A stretch of DNA of 64,000 bases. Origin: the human T2T-CHM13v2.0 reference genome, Homo sapiens. Location: the NCBI RefSeq assembly GCF_009914755.1, contig NC_060926.1; one strand, 5' to 3'. The notes below the pieces were generated by a model, which did not search any database, had not been told where the DNA came from, and saw nothing but the letters and a program-made list of their open reading frames with translations. This document shows positions 29,791-47,057 of the stretch, piece by piece. The stretch's first letter is position 1. Every line of letters begins with the position of its first letter. The position numbers were made by a program, and so were the translations under genes.

Positions 29791-31134
29791 TTGAGTTAAC
29801 CACATCTAAAGAACCATGTTTAAAGCCTCTAAAGTAATAGATGGGGCCAAAGTAATTATTTTTAAAAAATTATTTTAATTTTAGTATATTTAGTGGGTAC
29901 AAGTGCAGACTTTTACATGCATTTATTGTGTAGTGGTAAAGTCTGGGCTTTTATTGTATTTGTCACCCAAATAAGGAACAATGTACCCAATAAGTAATTT
30001 TTCAACCCTCATCCCTTCCCACCCTCCCACCTTTTGTTGTCTCTAGTGTCTATTATTCCACTCTGTATGTCCAAGTGTTTCCATCATTTAGTCCTCGCTT
30101 GTGTGAAAACATGCAGCATTTTACTTTCTCTGTCTGAGTTATTTCACTTAGCTGTAATGACCTCCAGTTCCACCCATGTTGCTGCAAAAGACATGATTTC
30201 ATTCTTTTTTATGGCTGAGTAGTATTCCATGGCATATATATACCACATTTTCTTTATCCAGTCCTCTGATGATGGACACTTAAGTTGATTCCACATCTTT
30301 GCTTTGTGAATAGTGCTGCAATGAACACGAGTGCAGGTATTTTTTGATATAATGATTTCTTTCCCATTGGGTATATACTCAGTGGTGGAATTGCTAGGTT
30401 GAATTGTAGTTCTATTCTTAGTTCTTGAAGAACTTTCCATACCAATTTCCATAAAGGTTGTACTAATTTACATTCCTACCAATGGTGTATACATATTTTC
30501 TATTATCCCCATCCTCTGCAACATCTGTTGTTTTTTCACTTTTTAGTAATAGCCCTTCTGACTGGTGTAAGATGGCATCTCATTGTGGTTTTAATTTTTA
30601 TTTCTCTGATGATTAGTGATGTTGAGCATTTTTTTGTGTGTTTGTTAGCCACTTGTATATCTGCTTTTGAATAATGTCTGCTCATTTACTTTGCCTACTT
30701 CTTAATGTTTTTTTTTTTAATTATTTTTCTTGTGAGTTGTTTGAGCTCCTTGTAGATTCTGGATGTTAGCCCTTTATTTGGATGCAGAGTTTACAAAATT
30801 TTTTCCCATTCTATAGATTGTCTGTTTTCTCTGTTAATTGTTTCTTTTGATGTGCAGAATCTTTTTAGTTTAATTTAGTCCTATTTGTCTATTTTTCTTT
30901 TTCTGGCATTTGTCTTTGAGAACTTACTCATAAATTCTTTGTCTAGGTCAATGTTCAGAAGAGATTTCCTCGGTTTTCTTCTAGGATTTTATAGTTCCCA
31001 ATCTTACATTTAGATATTTAATCCATCTTGAGTTAATTTTTGTATATGGTGATATACAAAAATTCTTACGCATATGGCTATCCAATTTTCCCAGTACCCC
31101 TTGTTGAATAGGATGTACTTTCTCCAGTGTATTT

Positions 31135-31425
31135 TGGTTTCTTCTTGAGACAGAATCTCACTCTTTCCCAGGCTGAAGTGCAGTGGTGCAATTTCGGCTC
31201 ACTGCAACCTCTGCCTCCTGCGTTCAAGTGTTCTCATGCCTCAGCCACCCTAGTAGCTGGGATTACAGACATGCGCCATCATGCCCGGCTAATTCTTTTA
31301 TTTGTAGTAGAGACAGGGTTTCACTGTGTTGGCCAGGGTAGTGTGGAACTCCTGGCCTCAAGTGATCTGCTAGTCTCGGCCTCCCAAAGTGCTGGGATTA
31401 CAGGCATGAGCCACTGCACCCAGCC
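31135..31425 (-). mobile_element. AluS/J in L1PB
   Basis: Alu dimer; TSD-like 'cagtgtat' on both sides. Confidence 0.9.
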
Positions 31426-32729
31426 TCTCAGTGTATATTTTTGTTGACTTTGTTGGAGATCAGTTGGTTATATGTGTATGGCTTTATTTCTGGGTTCTCT
31501 ATTCTGATCCATTAATCTTTGTATCTATTTTTATACCAGTACCATGCTATTTTGGTTACTATAGCCTTGTAGTGTAAACCGGAGTCAGGTCATGTGACAT
31601 CTCCAGCTTCATTCTTTTTGCTTACAATTGATTTGGCTATTTGGGGTCTTATTTTTTAGACCCATATTAATTTTAGGATTGTTTTTTCTAATTCTGTGAA
31701 AAATGGTGCTGCTAATTTGATAGGGATTGTAATGAATCTGTAGATTGCTTTGGGCAGTCTGGTCATTTTAACAATACTGATTCTTCCAATCCATGAGCGT
31801 AGGATGTTTTTCCATTTGTTTGTGTCATCAAAGATTTTTTCATCAGTGTTTTGTAGTTCTGTTTATAGAGATATCTCACCTTGGTTAAATATATTTCTAG
31901 GTTTTTGAGTGGTTTTTTGTAGCTATTGTAAATGGGATTGCCTTCTTCATTTGGTCCTTTACTATATCATTATTGGCACATAGAAATGCTACTGATATCT
32001 GTATGGTAATTTTGTATCCTGAAACTTTACTGGATTCATTGATCAAATCTAAGAGGTTTTTGGTGGAGTCTTTAGAATTTGCTAGATATAAGATCATATC
32101 ATCAGTGAACAGGGATAATTTGAATTTCTGTTTTCCAATTCAGATACCTTTTATTTTTCTATGTTTCCTGATTGCTGTGGCAAGGACTTCCGGTACTGTG
32201 TGGAATAAGAATGGTGAATGTGGGCATCCTTATCTTGTTTCACTTCTTAGAGGCAATTCTTTCAAATTTTCCCCACCAAGTATGATGTTGGCTCTGGGAC
32301 TGTCATATATGGCCTTTGTTATTTGGAAGTGTGTTTCTTCTATGCCTAGTTTGTTGAGGATTTTTATCATGAAGGGATGCTGAATTTTATTGAATGCCTT
32401 TTCTGCATCTATTAAGATGATCATATGATTCTTGTTCTTAGTTCGTTTTGTGATGTATCACATTTATTGATTTGTGTATGTTGAATCATCTTTGCATGAA
32501 TCCTACCTAATCATGGTATGTTATGTTTTTGATGTGTTGTTGGCATTCTATTTGCTAGTTTTTTGTAGAAGATTTTTGCATGTATCTTCATCAGGAATAT
32601 TGGTCTGTAGTTTTGTTGTTGTTGTGTCCTTGTCTGGTTTCAGTGCCATACAGACCTCATAGAATGAGTTAGATAGAATTACCTCCTCCTCGATTTTCAT
32701 CTGCTCCTGCACTTTTGTTTTATTGGGAG

Positions 32730-33309
<580 letters not shown>

Positions 33310-33617
33310 TAGTCTAGCTATTGGTTTATCAATTTTGTTTGTCTTTTCAGAGGAGCAACTTTTCATTTCATTTTTCCTTTTTATTTTTTGTCTCTATTTG
33401 ATACCTTACATTTTAAATGAAGGGAAACTAAAAAAATTTTTCAAACCTATATGCCAAAGGGAATTTCATAACAAAGGAATTCTGTGGTCAAATTAATTTG
33501 GTAAAATATACTGGATTGAACTGCATTATGCAAGCATGTATTGCATTTCTGTAGATGTATATTGTTCAATGAAATATAACTTAGTAAACAGTTACATTAT
33601 TCCAAATTATTATAGAC

Positions 33618-33838
33618 CAAGGGTGTCCAATCTCTTTGGCTTCCCTGGATCACATTGGAAGAAGAATTGTCGTGGGCCACACATAAAATACACTAACACT
33701 AATGATAGCTGATGAACTAAAAAAAAAAATTGCCAAAAAATCATATAAAGTTTTAAAAGTTTACAAATTTGTGTTGGGCTGCATTCAAAGCCATCCTGGG
33801 TCTCATGCAGCCTGCAGGCCATGCATTGAACAAGCTTG
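33618..33838 (+). mobile_element. MER30 (hAT-Charlie MITE)
   Basis: Ends 'caagggtgtccaa' and 'ttgaacaagcttg'; perfect 8-bp TSD TTATAGAC at 33610-33617 and 33839-33846. Confidence 0.92.
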
Positions 33839-34171
33839 TTATAGACATTTGAATTGTGTCCTGTCATGCAGATAGGTTCCCAAGGGCCATTTTTGTGGTA
33901 TCTGTTTTTGTCCCCTAGGTGTGCAGGTGTGGGAAAGCAGACCCACTCAGATCCCTACTAACTTGCCTATGAAAAACATCTAGACTAACCTTCAAGATAC
34001 CACTAATACATCTATCAATCAATCACAAAAGCCTGGAATTCTGAAAATACTGGATTATAAATATTTTTAAAGCATCCCCAGTACTTTTTTACCTTTGTGC
34101 TTTTGCAAACCTTTCCCATTCCATTTGCTTACTCTCTCTTTCCTCTATTTCTATATATTAAAATCCCAACT

Positions 34172-34277
34172 CTTTTTTTAAGAGATGAAGTCTCACTATG
34201 TTACCCAGGCTGGTCTTGAACTCCTGACCTAAAGCAACCCTCCTGCCTCGGCCTCCTAGAGTGCTGGGATTACAGAT
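34172..34277 (-). mobile_element. Alu monomer (FLAM/left arm)
   Basis: Single Alu left monomer with short T tract. Confidence 0.85.
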
Positions 34278-35469
34278 ATGAGCTGCCACCCCCAGCCTTA
34301 ATTTTTTTAAAATGCCATACTCTCTTTGAACCTTTCTCCAAGCTCTCCAATGGGAATTAAACTATTCCTTGTTTGGTTTTCTCATTCTCACTTTGCATTT
34401 ATTTCACTGATAGCACATCTAACAATCTGCTTTATTGATCCACACAATTGTTGTGCATGTACTCTACGCTAGACTCCATAATATGACCTCTAGTTCTTCC
34501 TCGCTCTGGAGAAGCTCATAGGCTAGCCGAGAAGGCAGATACATAAGCAAATTTCTACAGTGTAAAGTGATATGTATTCATAAAGGTATACAACACTGAT
34601 GGTAATCGGATTGACCTGAGAAAATATGGACTAAAGTATTTGAATGTAAATTGGCTTATACAACTAAGCTTTTAGCTTCATTTATAACGTTCAAGTCTAA
34701 AGTAGAATGTTGTCATTCTTGTTGTACATAACTTACTATTCAACAGCTTGTAAGTGCCTTGAGGACCTGACCTGTGTATTTTTCATTTTTCTATTTCCTA
34801 TTGTACCTAGTACTACTTTAGTTACCTAGAATACATTCAATAAATGTTTGTTAAATTTCGTTAGTTTCTAAGAGTTGCTCATTTTTATGAAATTTGATCT
34901 TAATCTGCAGTTTAATCTATCTTCATATTCAGACTCCTATTTTTTCCTACTTTAAAATGTAATTGTAGGGAAGGAGACAACACACAAGACTTACATACCT
35001 TGATTATTATTTGACTTTCTCAGTGGCAGTTTGGAAACTGTAGACTTACTCCATGTGCATTGCCTTTGCACAAAATATTTACGGAATTGCTTTTGTTCCA
35101 CACTATTTTGAACACACATGTTAGTTTCATCAGAATTCTTAGTCCAACTAAATGTCATCTAAAACTAAGTTTAGTGAGTCAAAAGTTATATATATAACTT
35201 TTATACATAAAAACCTGATGAAGTAGATGCAAAAGTTATATATATCTTTATTTATTTATTTATTATTATTATACTTTAAGTTTTAGGGTACATGTGCACA
35301 ATGTGCAGGTTAGTTACCTATGTATACATGTGCCATGCTGGTGCGCTGCACCCACTAACTCGTCATCTAGCATTAGGTATATCTCCCAGTGCTATCCCTC
35401 CCCACTCCCCCAACCCCACAACAGTCCCCAGACTGTGATGTTCCCCTTCCTGTGTCCATGTGTTCTCAT

Positions 35470-39314
<3,845 letters not shown>

Positions 39315-39350
39315 TTAGTTGATGCAGTTTCTTCCTAGTCTCGATGGTCT

Positions 39351-40371
39351 TTACATTTTGGCATGATTTTGCAGCGGCTGGTACCGGTTGTTCCTTTCCA
39401 TGTTTAGTGCTTCCTTCAGGAGCTCTTTTAGGGAAGGCCTGGTGGTGACAAAATCTCTCAGCATTTGCTTGTCTGTAAAGTATTTTATTTCTCCATCACT
39501 TATGAAGCTTAGTTTGGCTGGATATGAAATTCTGGGTTGAAAATTCTTTTCTTTAAGAATGTTGAATATTGGCCTGAACTCTCTTCTGGCTTGTAGAGTT
39601 TCTGCCGAGAGATCTGCTGTTAGTCTTATGGGCTTCCCTTTGAGGGTAGCCTGACCTTTCTCTCTTGCTGCCCTTAACATTTTTTCCTTCATTTCAACTT
39701 TGATGAATCTGACAATTATGTGTCTTGGAGTTGCTCTTCTCGAGGAGTATCTTTGTGGCGTTCTCTGTATTTCCTGAATCTGAATGTTGGCCTGCCTTGC
39801 TAGATTGGGGAAGTTCTCCTGGATAATATCCTTTAGAGTGTTTCCTGCAGAGGCGGGGTTCCATTCTCCCCATCACTTTCAGGTACACCAGTCAGACGTA
39901 GATTTGGTCTTTTCACATAGTCCCATATTTCTTGGAGGCTTTGCTCGTTTCTTTTTATTCTTTTTTCTCTAAACTTCCCTTCTCGCTTCATTTCATTCAT
40001 TTCATCTTCCATCGCTGATACCCTTTCTTCCAGTTGATCGCATCGGCTCCTGAGGCTTCTGCATTCTTCACGTAGTTATCGAGCCTTGGTTTTCAGCTCC
40101 ATCAGCTCCTTTAAGCACTTCTCTGTATTGGTTATTCTAGTTATACATTCTTTTAAATTTTTTTCAAAGTTTTCAACTCCTTTGCCTTTGGTTTGAATGT
40201 CCTTCCATAGCTCGGAGTAATTTGATCGTCTGAAGCCTTCTTCTCTCAGCTCGTCAAAGTCATCTCCGTCCAGCTTTGTTCTGTTGCTGGTGAGGAACTG
40301 CGTTCCTTTGGAGGAGGAGAGGCGCTCTGCTTTTTAGAGTTTCCAGTTTTTCTGCTCTCTTTTTTCCCCAT
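39351..40371 (-). pseudogene. L1 ORF1p remnant, frameshifted
   Basis: ATG at 40371 (ATGGGGAAAAAA); C-terminal 113 aa open (RDFVTTRPSLKELLKEALNMERNNRYQPLQNHAKM); indels near 40260 and 39840. Confidence 0.9.
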
Positions 40372-40826
40372 CTTTGTGGTTTTATCTACTTTTGGTCTTT
40401 GATGATGGTGATGTACAGATGGGTTTTTGGTGTGGATGTCCTTTCTGTTTGTTAGTTTCCCTTCTAACAGACAGGACCCTCAGCTGCAGGTCTGTTGGAG
40501 TACCCGGCCGTGTGAGGTGTCAGTCTGCCCCTGCTGGGGGTTGCCTCCTAGTTAGGCTGCTCGGGGGTCAGGGGTCAGGGACCCACTTGAGGAGGCAGTC
40601 TGCCCATTCTCAGATCTCCAGCTGCGTACTGGGAGGACCACTGCTCTCTTCAAAGCTGTCAGACAGGGACATTTAAGTCTGCAGAGGTTACTGCTGTCTT
40701 TTTGTTTGTCTGTGCCCTGCCCCCAGAGGTGGAGCCTACAGAGGCAGGCAGGCCTCCTTGAGCTGTGGTGGGCTCCACCCAGTTGGAGCTTCCCAGCTGC
40801 TTTGTTTACCTAAGCAAGCCTGGGCA

Positions 40827-41135
40827 ATGGTGGGCGCCCCTCCCCTAGCCTCGCTGCTGCCTTGCAGTTTGATCTCAGACTGCTGTGCTAGCAATCAGCC
40901 AGACTCTGTGGGCGTAGGACCCTCCGACCCAGGTGCAGGATATAATCTCCTGGTGCACCGCTTTTTAAGCCCATCGGAAAAGCGCAGTATTCGGGTGGGA
41001 GTGACCCAATTTTCCAGGTGCCCTCTGTCACCACTTTCTTTGACTAGGAAAGGGAACTCCCTGACCCCTTGCGCTTCCCGAGTGAGGCAATGCCTCACCC
41101 TGCTTTGGCTCGCGCACGGTGCGTGCACCCACTGA
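40827..41135 (+). CDS. L1 ORF0 (antisense 5'UTR ORF), open, 102 aa
   Basis: MVGAPPLASLLPCSLISDCCASNQPDSVGVGPSDPG matches primate L1 ORF0; ATG in 'gcaATGg' context; expression unknown. Confidence 0.7.
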   Translation: MVGAPPLASLLPCSLISDCCASNQPDSVGVGPSDPGAGYNLLVHRFLSPSEKRSIRVGVTQFSRCPLSPLSLTRKGNSLTPCASRVRQCLTLLWLAHGACTH

Positions 41136-42443
41136 CCTGCGCCCACTGTCTGGCACTCCCTAGTGAGATGAACCCAGTACCTCAGATGGAAATGCAGAAA
41201 TCACCCGTCTTCTGCGTTGCTCACTCTGGGAGCTGTAGACCGGAGCTGTTCCTATTCGGCCATCCATATATATCTTTTTAGATCAGAAACAACAGGGCAT
41301 CTTTAATTAAAGTTATCTTTAATTCAAGAATATCATTCTTATTTCATTGTTTTCTGTCTTTTGAAAAAGTCATTATAGCTCAATTTTTAAATTCTTAATT
41401 GAATATTTTTAATTGAGAAAATGTATACATACATGCTCATGATCATTTTTGCATTATTACATTCACTGTCATTAGGTAATGATAATAGAGGGTGAGACAA
41501 AAATCAGCCTCATTAGCTGATTATCTGACCCTTTACCTAAAGGATCCTAACCTGGAGATAAAACCAAGGATATATCAGATGGAGCAAATACTGTAAAACA
41601 ACATTTATTTCAACTGCACTTACTCAGTTTCTGAGAAATGAAACAGTAGTTGAGCTGAAGTTTACTTCTCCTTTAGCCAGAAAGAAAAGAAGTGCCAGTC
41701 AAATTAATCCTATAGACATAAATAGATAGATAATTTTAAGAAAACAAATGCTTTTTTAAAGGCTGTGAGCTTATTTGGAATATCCATTTACTTTCAATTT
41801 TTATTCTGACTTCAAAGTATTTTATAAGTTTATGAAATCATCTTTTTAAAAATATGGAGTAGGTACCTTTTTTCAATTTCCCCTTAATGTTTTATTTATA
41901 AATAATAAAACAATTGTACTTCTCCAGACTGTACTAATTAAGCCCAGTAAAATTCACTTATAAGTAATTAGTAGAGAATACATATTTTCATAAGGGTTCA
42001 AATAGGTTTATGGAGCATAAATATCACAGGGCAAAAATAGAGATTTGAGGGATACTAGCTTAACCTTTTATGTTTGATGTATAAGAAAGGCAAATGAGCT
42101 ACTGTCAGAGGCATAACCTGGAATGATTTGAGCAACAATTGCACATTCTTATATTTTATACAAAATATGTATTCACAAATAATATCCAATGTGTCAAGAC
42201 TTTTAACAGGGTACTTTGGTTTTTATAAAAATTATTTGTAACTGTTACAAGGCATAACTTGCTTTGTGTAGACATTAGGCTTGTTTTATAAAAAATTATG
42301 TTAGTAATAACAGTTACCATTTGCATGCTGCTTTGAGTTTACCAAATATTTTTATATCTGTCATATCAGTTCATCCCAGAAACATTGAAGATAATACCGA
42401 TAAGGTAGGCAAGAGTTAAGACTTCCTTGGTTGTAGGTAAGAA

Positions 42444-42496
42444 CCCCCCCCCCGCCCCCCCCCAACACACACACACACTGCCTAAAGCCCTCCTGC

Positions 42497-42545
<49 letters not shown>
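42444..42545. repeat. Poly-C tract and (CA)n microsatellites
   Basis: C-run at ~42444-42463, short (CA)n, then ~22 perfect CA units at ~42500-42544. Confidence 0.95.
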
Positions 42546-42548
<3 letters not shown>

Positions 42549-42569
42549 ACCTTAGGCCAAAAAAGGGTA

Positions 42570-42885
42570 TGGTGGGTCATAGGATGAAATGTTCAGATAG
42601 GTTGATATGAGACTCCCAGCTCTCTCTCTCTCTGGATTAGCGGCATTTTTAACTCCAGTCTTGGTAGCCCTGACAGTTTTGAGCATCATTGGCCCTGATT
42701 TGGCTAAATGCCAATCTCTGGACCCATCACTGTAGACAGAGAGAGAGAAGGATATGCTGATTGACTTTGGCAGCTAGACACATCTCTAGAGGTGGGGTAA
42801 GATTTCCAAAGGAAAATCCATATACAGCTACCAGAAGTAGCAGGAAAGAATGGTGAGAAGTCAAACAACAAACATCCACTCCAGC
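42570..42885 (-). mobile_element. Old MaLR LTR (MLT1J/K/L-like) between MIR pieces
   Basis: 'ccaaaggaaaatcc...ccagaag' and terminal 'aaacaacaaacatccactcca'; MIR-like flanks at ~42305-42430 and ~42890-42950. Confidence 0.6.
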
Positions 42886-43229
42886 AGATGCAATCATCTC
42901 CATTTTACAGATGAGAAAATGGATACTCAGGCTATATGACCTACTCAAATGTAAGTCTTCTCATTACAAATCCTGCTATAGATTTCTTAAAGGAAAAAGG
43001 ATGGAAAAGAAAAGAGACGTGGTTTCAGGTATGACATCTATTTCTAGTCTATGTTTTGTAGTTAATCAGGCATGATTGTCTTTACGGTGATAAGTGAGTT
43101 TGATCTGTGTGGGGTAGTTGAACAAGACATTTGTGTGAAATAAAATGTCCCAAGATCAGTGTGGAGGAGTAGGAAGAGGTGCAGTGGACATGATCCTTAT
43201 GATCCAAAGTTAGGAATTTTGGAATACTA

Positions 43230-43450
43230 AATCAAAATAGCTAACAAGTATTAGCTACTTACTATGTCTCAGGCATTTTGGTAATTACTGTTCATGTATC
43301 ATTTAAAAATCACCACATTCCTATGAAATGAAGATTTTACAGATAAGGGAGCTTAAGCAAAAAGAGGTTTAATATCTTATCCAAGATTATATAACTAGAA
43401 AGAAATAGAGCCAGGATTTGAATCTAATCTAGAACCTATGCTCCTACCCA
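43230..43450 (-). mobile_element. MIR
   Basis: 'ttactatgtctcaggcat...ttttacagataaggga...agagccaggatttgaatc'. Confidence 0.8.
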
Positions 43451-45984
43451 CAACAGTGTCTGTTTTTGTCATGGTTACCAAATAAAGTAGTGATGTTTAC
43501 ATATCTGCTATATGCTAGCTTCCATGGCAGATACTTGTCTGGTACAATACCTGTTTTCTAGAAATTTCTCCTATAAAGTTGTATGAGACAGCAATTCATA
43601 TGCAGCACACTTAAGAATTTATAAATGCCTACTTAGTTTCCACAGATTATTAAAGTTAATTTTATGCTTTTTTAAATTTATCAAAGTTACACATCAAATT
43701 ATTTAAAAAATTAAGTAGTCGTTCAAGACTTACAACAGCAGTCCCCTGCTCTAAGCTTCCTTCCATCAGTTTCCAATCCCCAGATGCAATCATTTTCCAT
43801 TTTTTTTCTTTGGTAATTTAAGATTTACTTTTGTAAAGCCATGTGGACAAAGATTAAATATTATGCTTGCATTTTGAACATTATAAATACAAAACACAAA
43901 ACATCCAGTGTTAAATGCTGATTTCTCATGCCTGATGTGTATTTAGATATTGAGTATTTCCCATTTTATAGAAAGGAACTTTCAAAGTTTTGTCAATACT
44001 TAAAGTGTATACTATTATTCCTCACCAAAATCTTCATGAAATTTAAAAGGCTGATATTAAAAGTAGTTTTTTTTCTTAAATATGCTAAAACATGTGAGTT
44101 TGGATTAACCTTCAGATTTTCAAGGCATGAAAGATATACAAATAGAGTACCCAATAATATGTTTTAACACAGTTAGGATAAGTTTGTTTACAGTTGTGAC
44201 AGGAATGCCTTTGACTTTCAGACATTGAAAAAATTACCCTAAGCAAACATACAGGGTGTTTTGGGTCAAGTTACTTCTTAGTAAAAATAATACATGGTAG
44301 CAATCAATTTTTAAGCCAAATTCTTAAAATCACTCAAAAAACACTTGCATTTTATAATTATCAAACAATGAGTTTATGTAACAGAAGATAAAACAAAATC
44401 TAGAAATAAAAAATCTCACACTATATTCCAAGTACCAAAATAAGAAAGAAGAAATTTGCAAATTCTTTTTTAACTGTGTCTTTTGGTAATTATAAAACAG
44501 AATATCTCTAAATCACATGATTATATTTCTACTTCTTGATTTTTTTTCAATTTCACAGGTAATCTACTAAATCCTTACTATGCAAGCTATAGACTTAGAT
44601 CTCTTTATTATCTCCTACCCTACTGCCACAAGCACACCATCATTTCTATATAGTTATATAATGATTTTGTTAAGTTTAATATTCAATTGTGCATGTTATT
44701 ATAATGATACAAACTCAGTTCATAGCTGAACCATATCCTGTATCTAACTCTGCTTTTCCTAAAATTAATAACTGTCTTGTCATTTGCTTGGTTCTCTATG
44801 TACTTATTTCTGATTTGGCTGAAAACTGTGTCCCACATAGTACAGATCCCTTTTCACTATCAACTTGAGGCTTCTTTCTGCCCCTGTTTTGAGTTGGATC
44901 TCCCAGTTTTCATGTCTTTTCCTTCTTGAGTTGGTCTTGCCTGTCTGAAGATGTCTTTATTGTTTACTGACATTTGATTGATATTGTGGCTGAGTATAGG
45001 ATTCTGGTTTGTAATTCATTTTCTTTCTGAATTTTTATGTCTTCCCTCCATTGTCTTTTAGCCTCCAGTGTTGAAAAGTTGAAAGATAGTCTGATTTCTG
45101 TTTTATCTATTTTTCGTTTCTAGAAGCTATTAAGATTTTCTATTTCTATCAGAGATCTGAAATTTTATTAGGATATGCCCTTTTGGAGGCCTATTTTCAT
45201 TCATTCAGCCAGGTACTCAGTGAGCCCTTTTAATCTGAAAATTCATCTTCTTTAGTGCAGGAAAATTTTATAAATGATTTTTTGAATTTTTTTTCTTTTT
45301 ATTTTCTTGGTTCTCTCCTTCTGTTATTTGGATGTTGAACCTCCCAGACTAATTTTCTAATATTCATGTCCTTTGTCTCCTATGTTTGTTTTTTCTTAGT
45401 GTCTTTACTTGCAGGGAGATCTGACCTTTCTATTGAGTTCTTCATTTCTATCATTATTTTGTCTCTCAGCAGTACTTTCTTGTTCCCTGAATATTCTTTT
45501 GTTTTTGTTTAGACCATCTGTTCTTCTTTCATGGATGTAGTTCTTCTCTTATATGTTAGAAACATTTTTTCAAATTTTATGTCCCTAAAGAGTCTTATTT
45601 TCTGTTTGTTTTACCCTCCATCTTTCCTGTTAAGGGCTTTCCTCAGAAGTCTAGTGGTCCTTGGCTGTCACCTTATAGTTAAGGAAGTAAAAATGTGGAT
45701 ACCTCGATAACATGTAATTGGGGCTTAATGACTATGAATTTCCTAGATCTGACTGCTGTTTTATCCAGGAACCTAATATTGTTTTATTGAATATCTTTCT
45801 TTTGGGCCTGTTAGATTCACCAAAGAAGAATCTTCTTCCACTTTCCTACCTAGAGACTATAAGATGGGCTGCTAGCATTGTGTGAACCAAGTAAAAGAGG
45901 ACTTAGAGTCTCAATATTCAGCAAATAAAATTTCATTCAGTTTTCCTCTTTTCAGTAGAGTACCCTTCAAAATTCCCCAGTTCA

Positions 45985-46320
<336 letters not shown>

Positions 46321-46757
46321 TTATTCACACCAAAGAATGAACTTTTAGTCTTCTGCTAGAATGAGAGAGGGAAAAGTACTTGGCCAGTTGTGAATGGTGG
46401 CAGTTAATTAGAAAGTATATAATTCTTTTTAGTTTCTTCTTTTTTTTGTTTATTTATTTATTTACTTTTGCCACCTATTCTTTTATTCCTCTAAAGAAAG
46501 TATCTAATTCTTAAATAAATTTCTAACCAAGTTTGTTCATAGTCTCATCTTTATCTCACTTCCGTAAGCACTGGCTGTCACCAATTCCTAAGTCTTTTGG
46601 AAATTGTAGTACAAAATTGCTGCCTAGCTTATCATTACCAACTGCTGGTTTAGAAACCAGCTTGCTTGGGTCTGCTAAGTCAGTTAGCAATAGTCCTGCT
46701 TTCTAGCTTCCAAACTGTGGTTACTGTCACTCATCTCTCATTCTCCTTTTTCTTATT

Positions 46758-47057
46758 TGTTTTTTTTTTTTTTTAAGAGACAAGGTCTCATTCTGTCACT
46801 GGGCTGTAGTGCAGTGGTGCTAACATAGCTCATTACAACCTGGAACTCTTGGGCTCAAGTGATCCTCCTGCCTTAGTCCCCCAAGCAGTTGAGACTACAT
46901 GTGTGCGCCACTAAGCCTGACTCCTTTTTTTAATATTTTATAGAGGCAAGGTCTTGCTATGTTGCCCAGGCTGACCTCAAGCTCCTGGTCTCAAGTGATC
47001 CCCTTGCCTTGATTTGCCAAAGCACTAGGATTACAGACATTACCATTGTGCCCAGCC
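46758..47057 (-). mobile_element. AluJ
   Basis: Diverged Alu dimer with poly-T. Confidence 0.88.
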
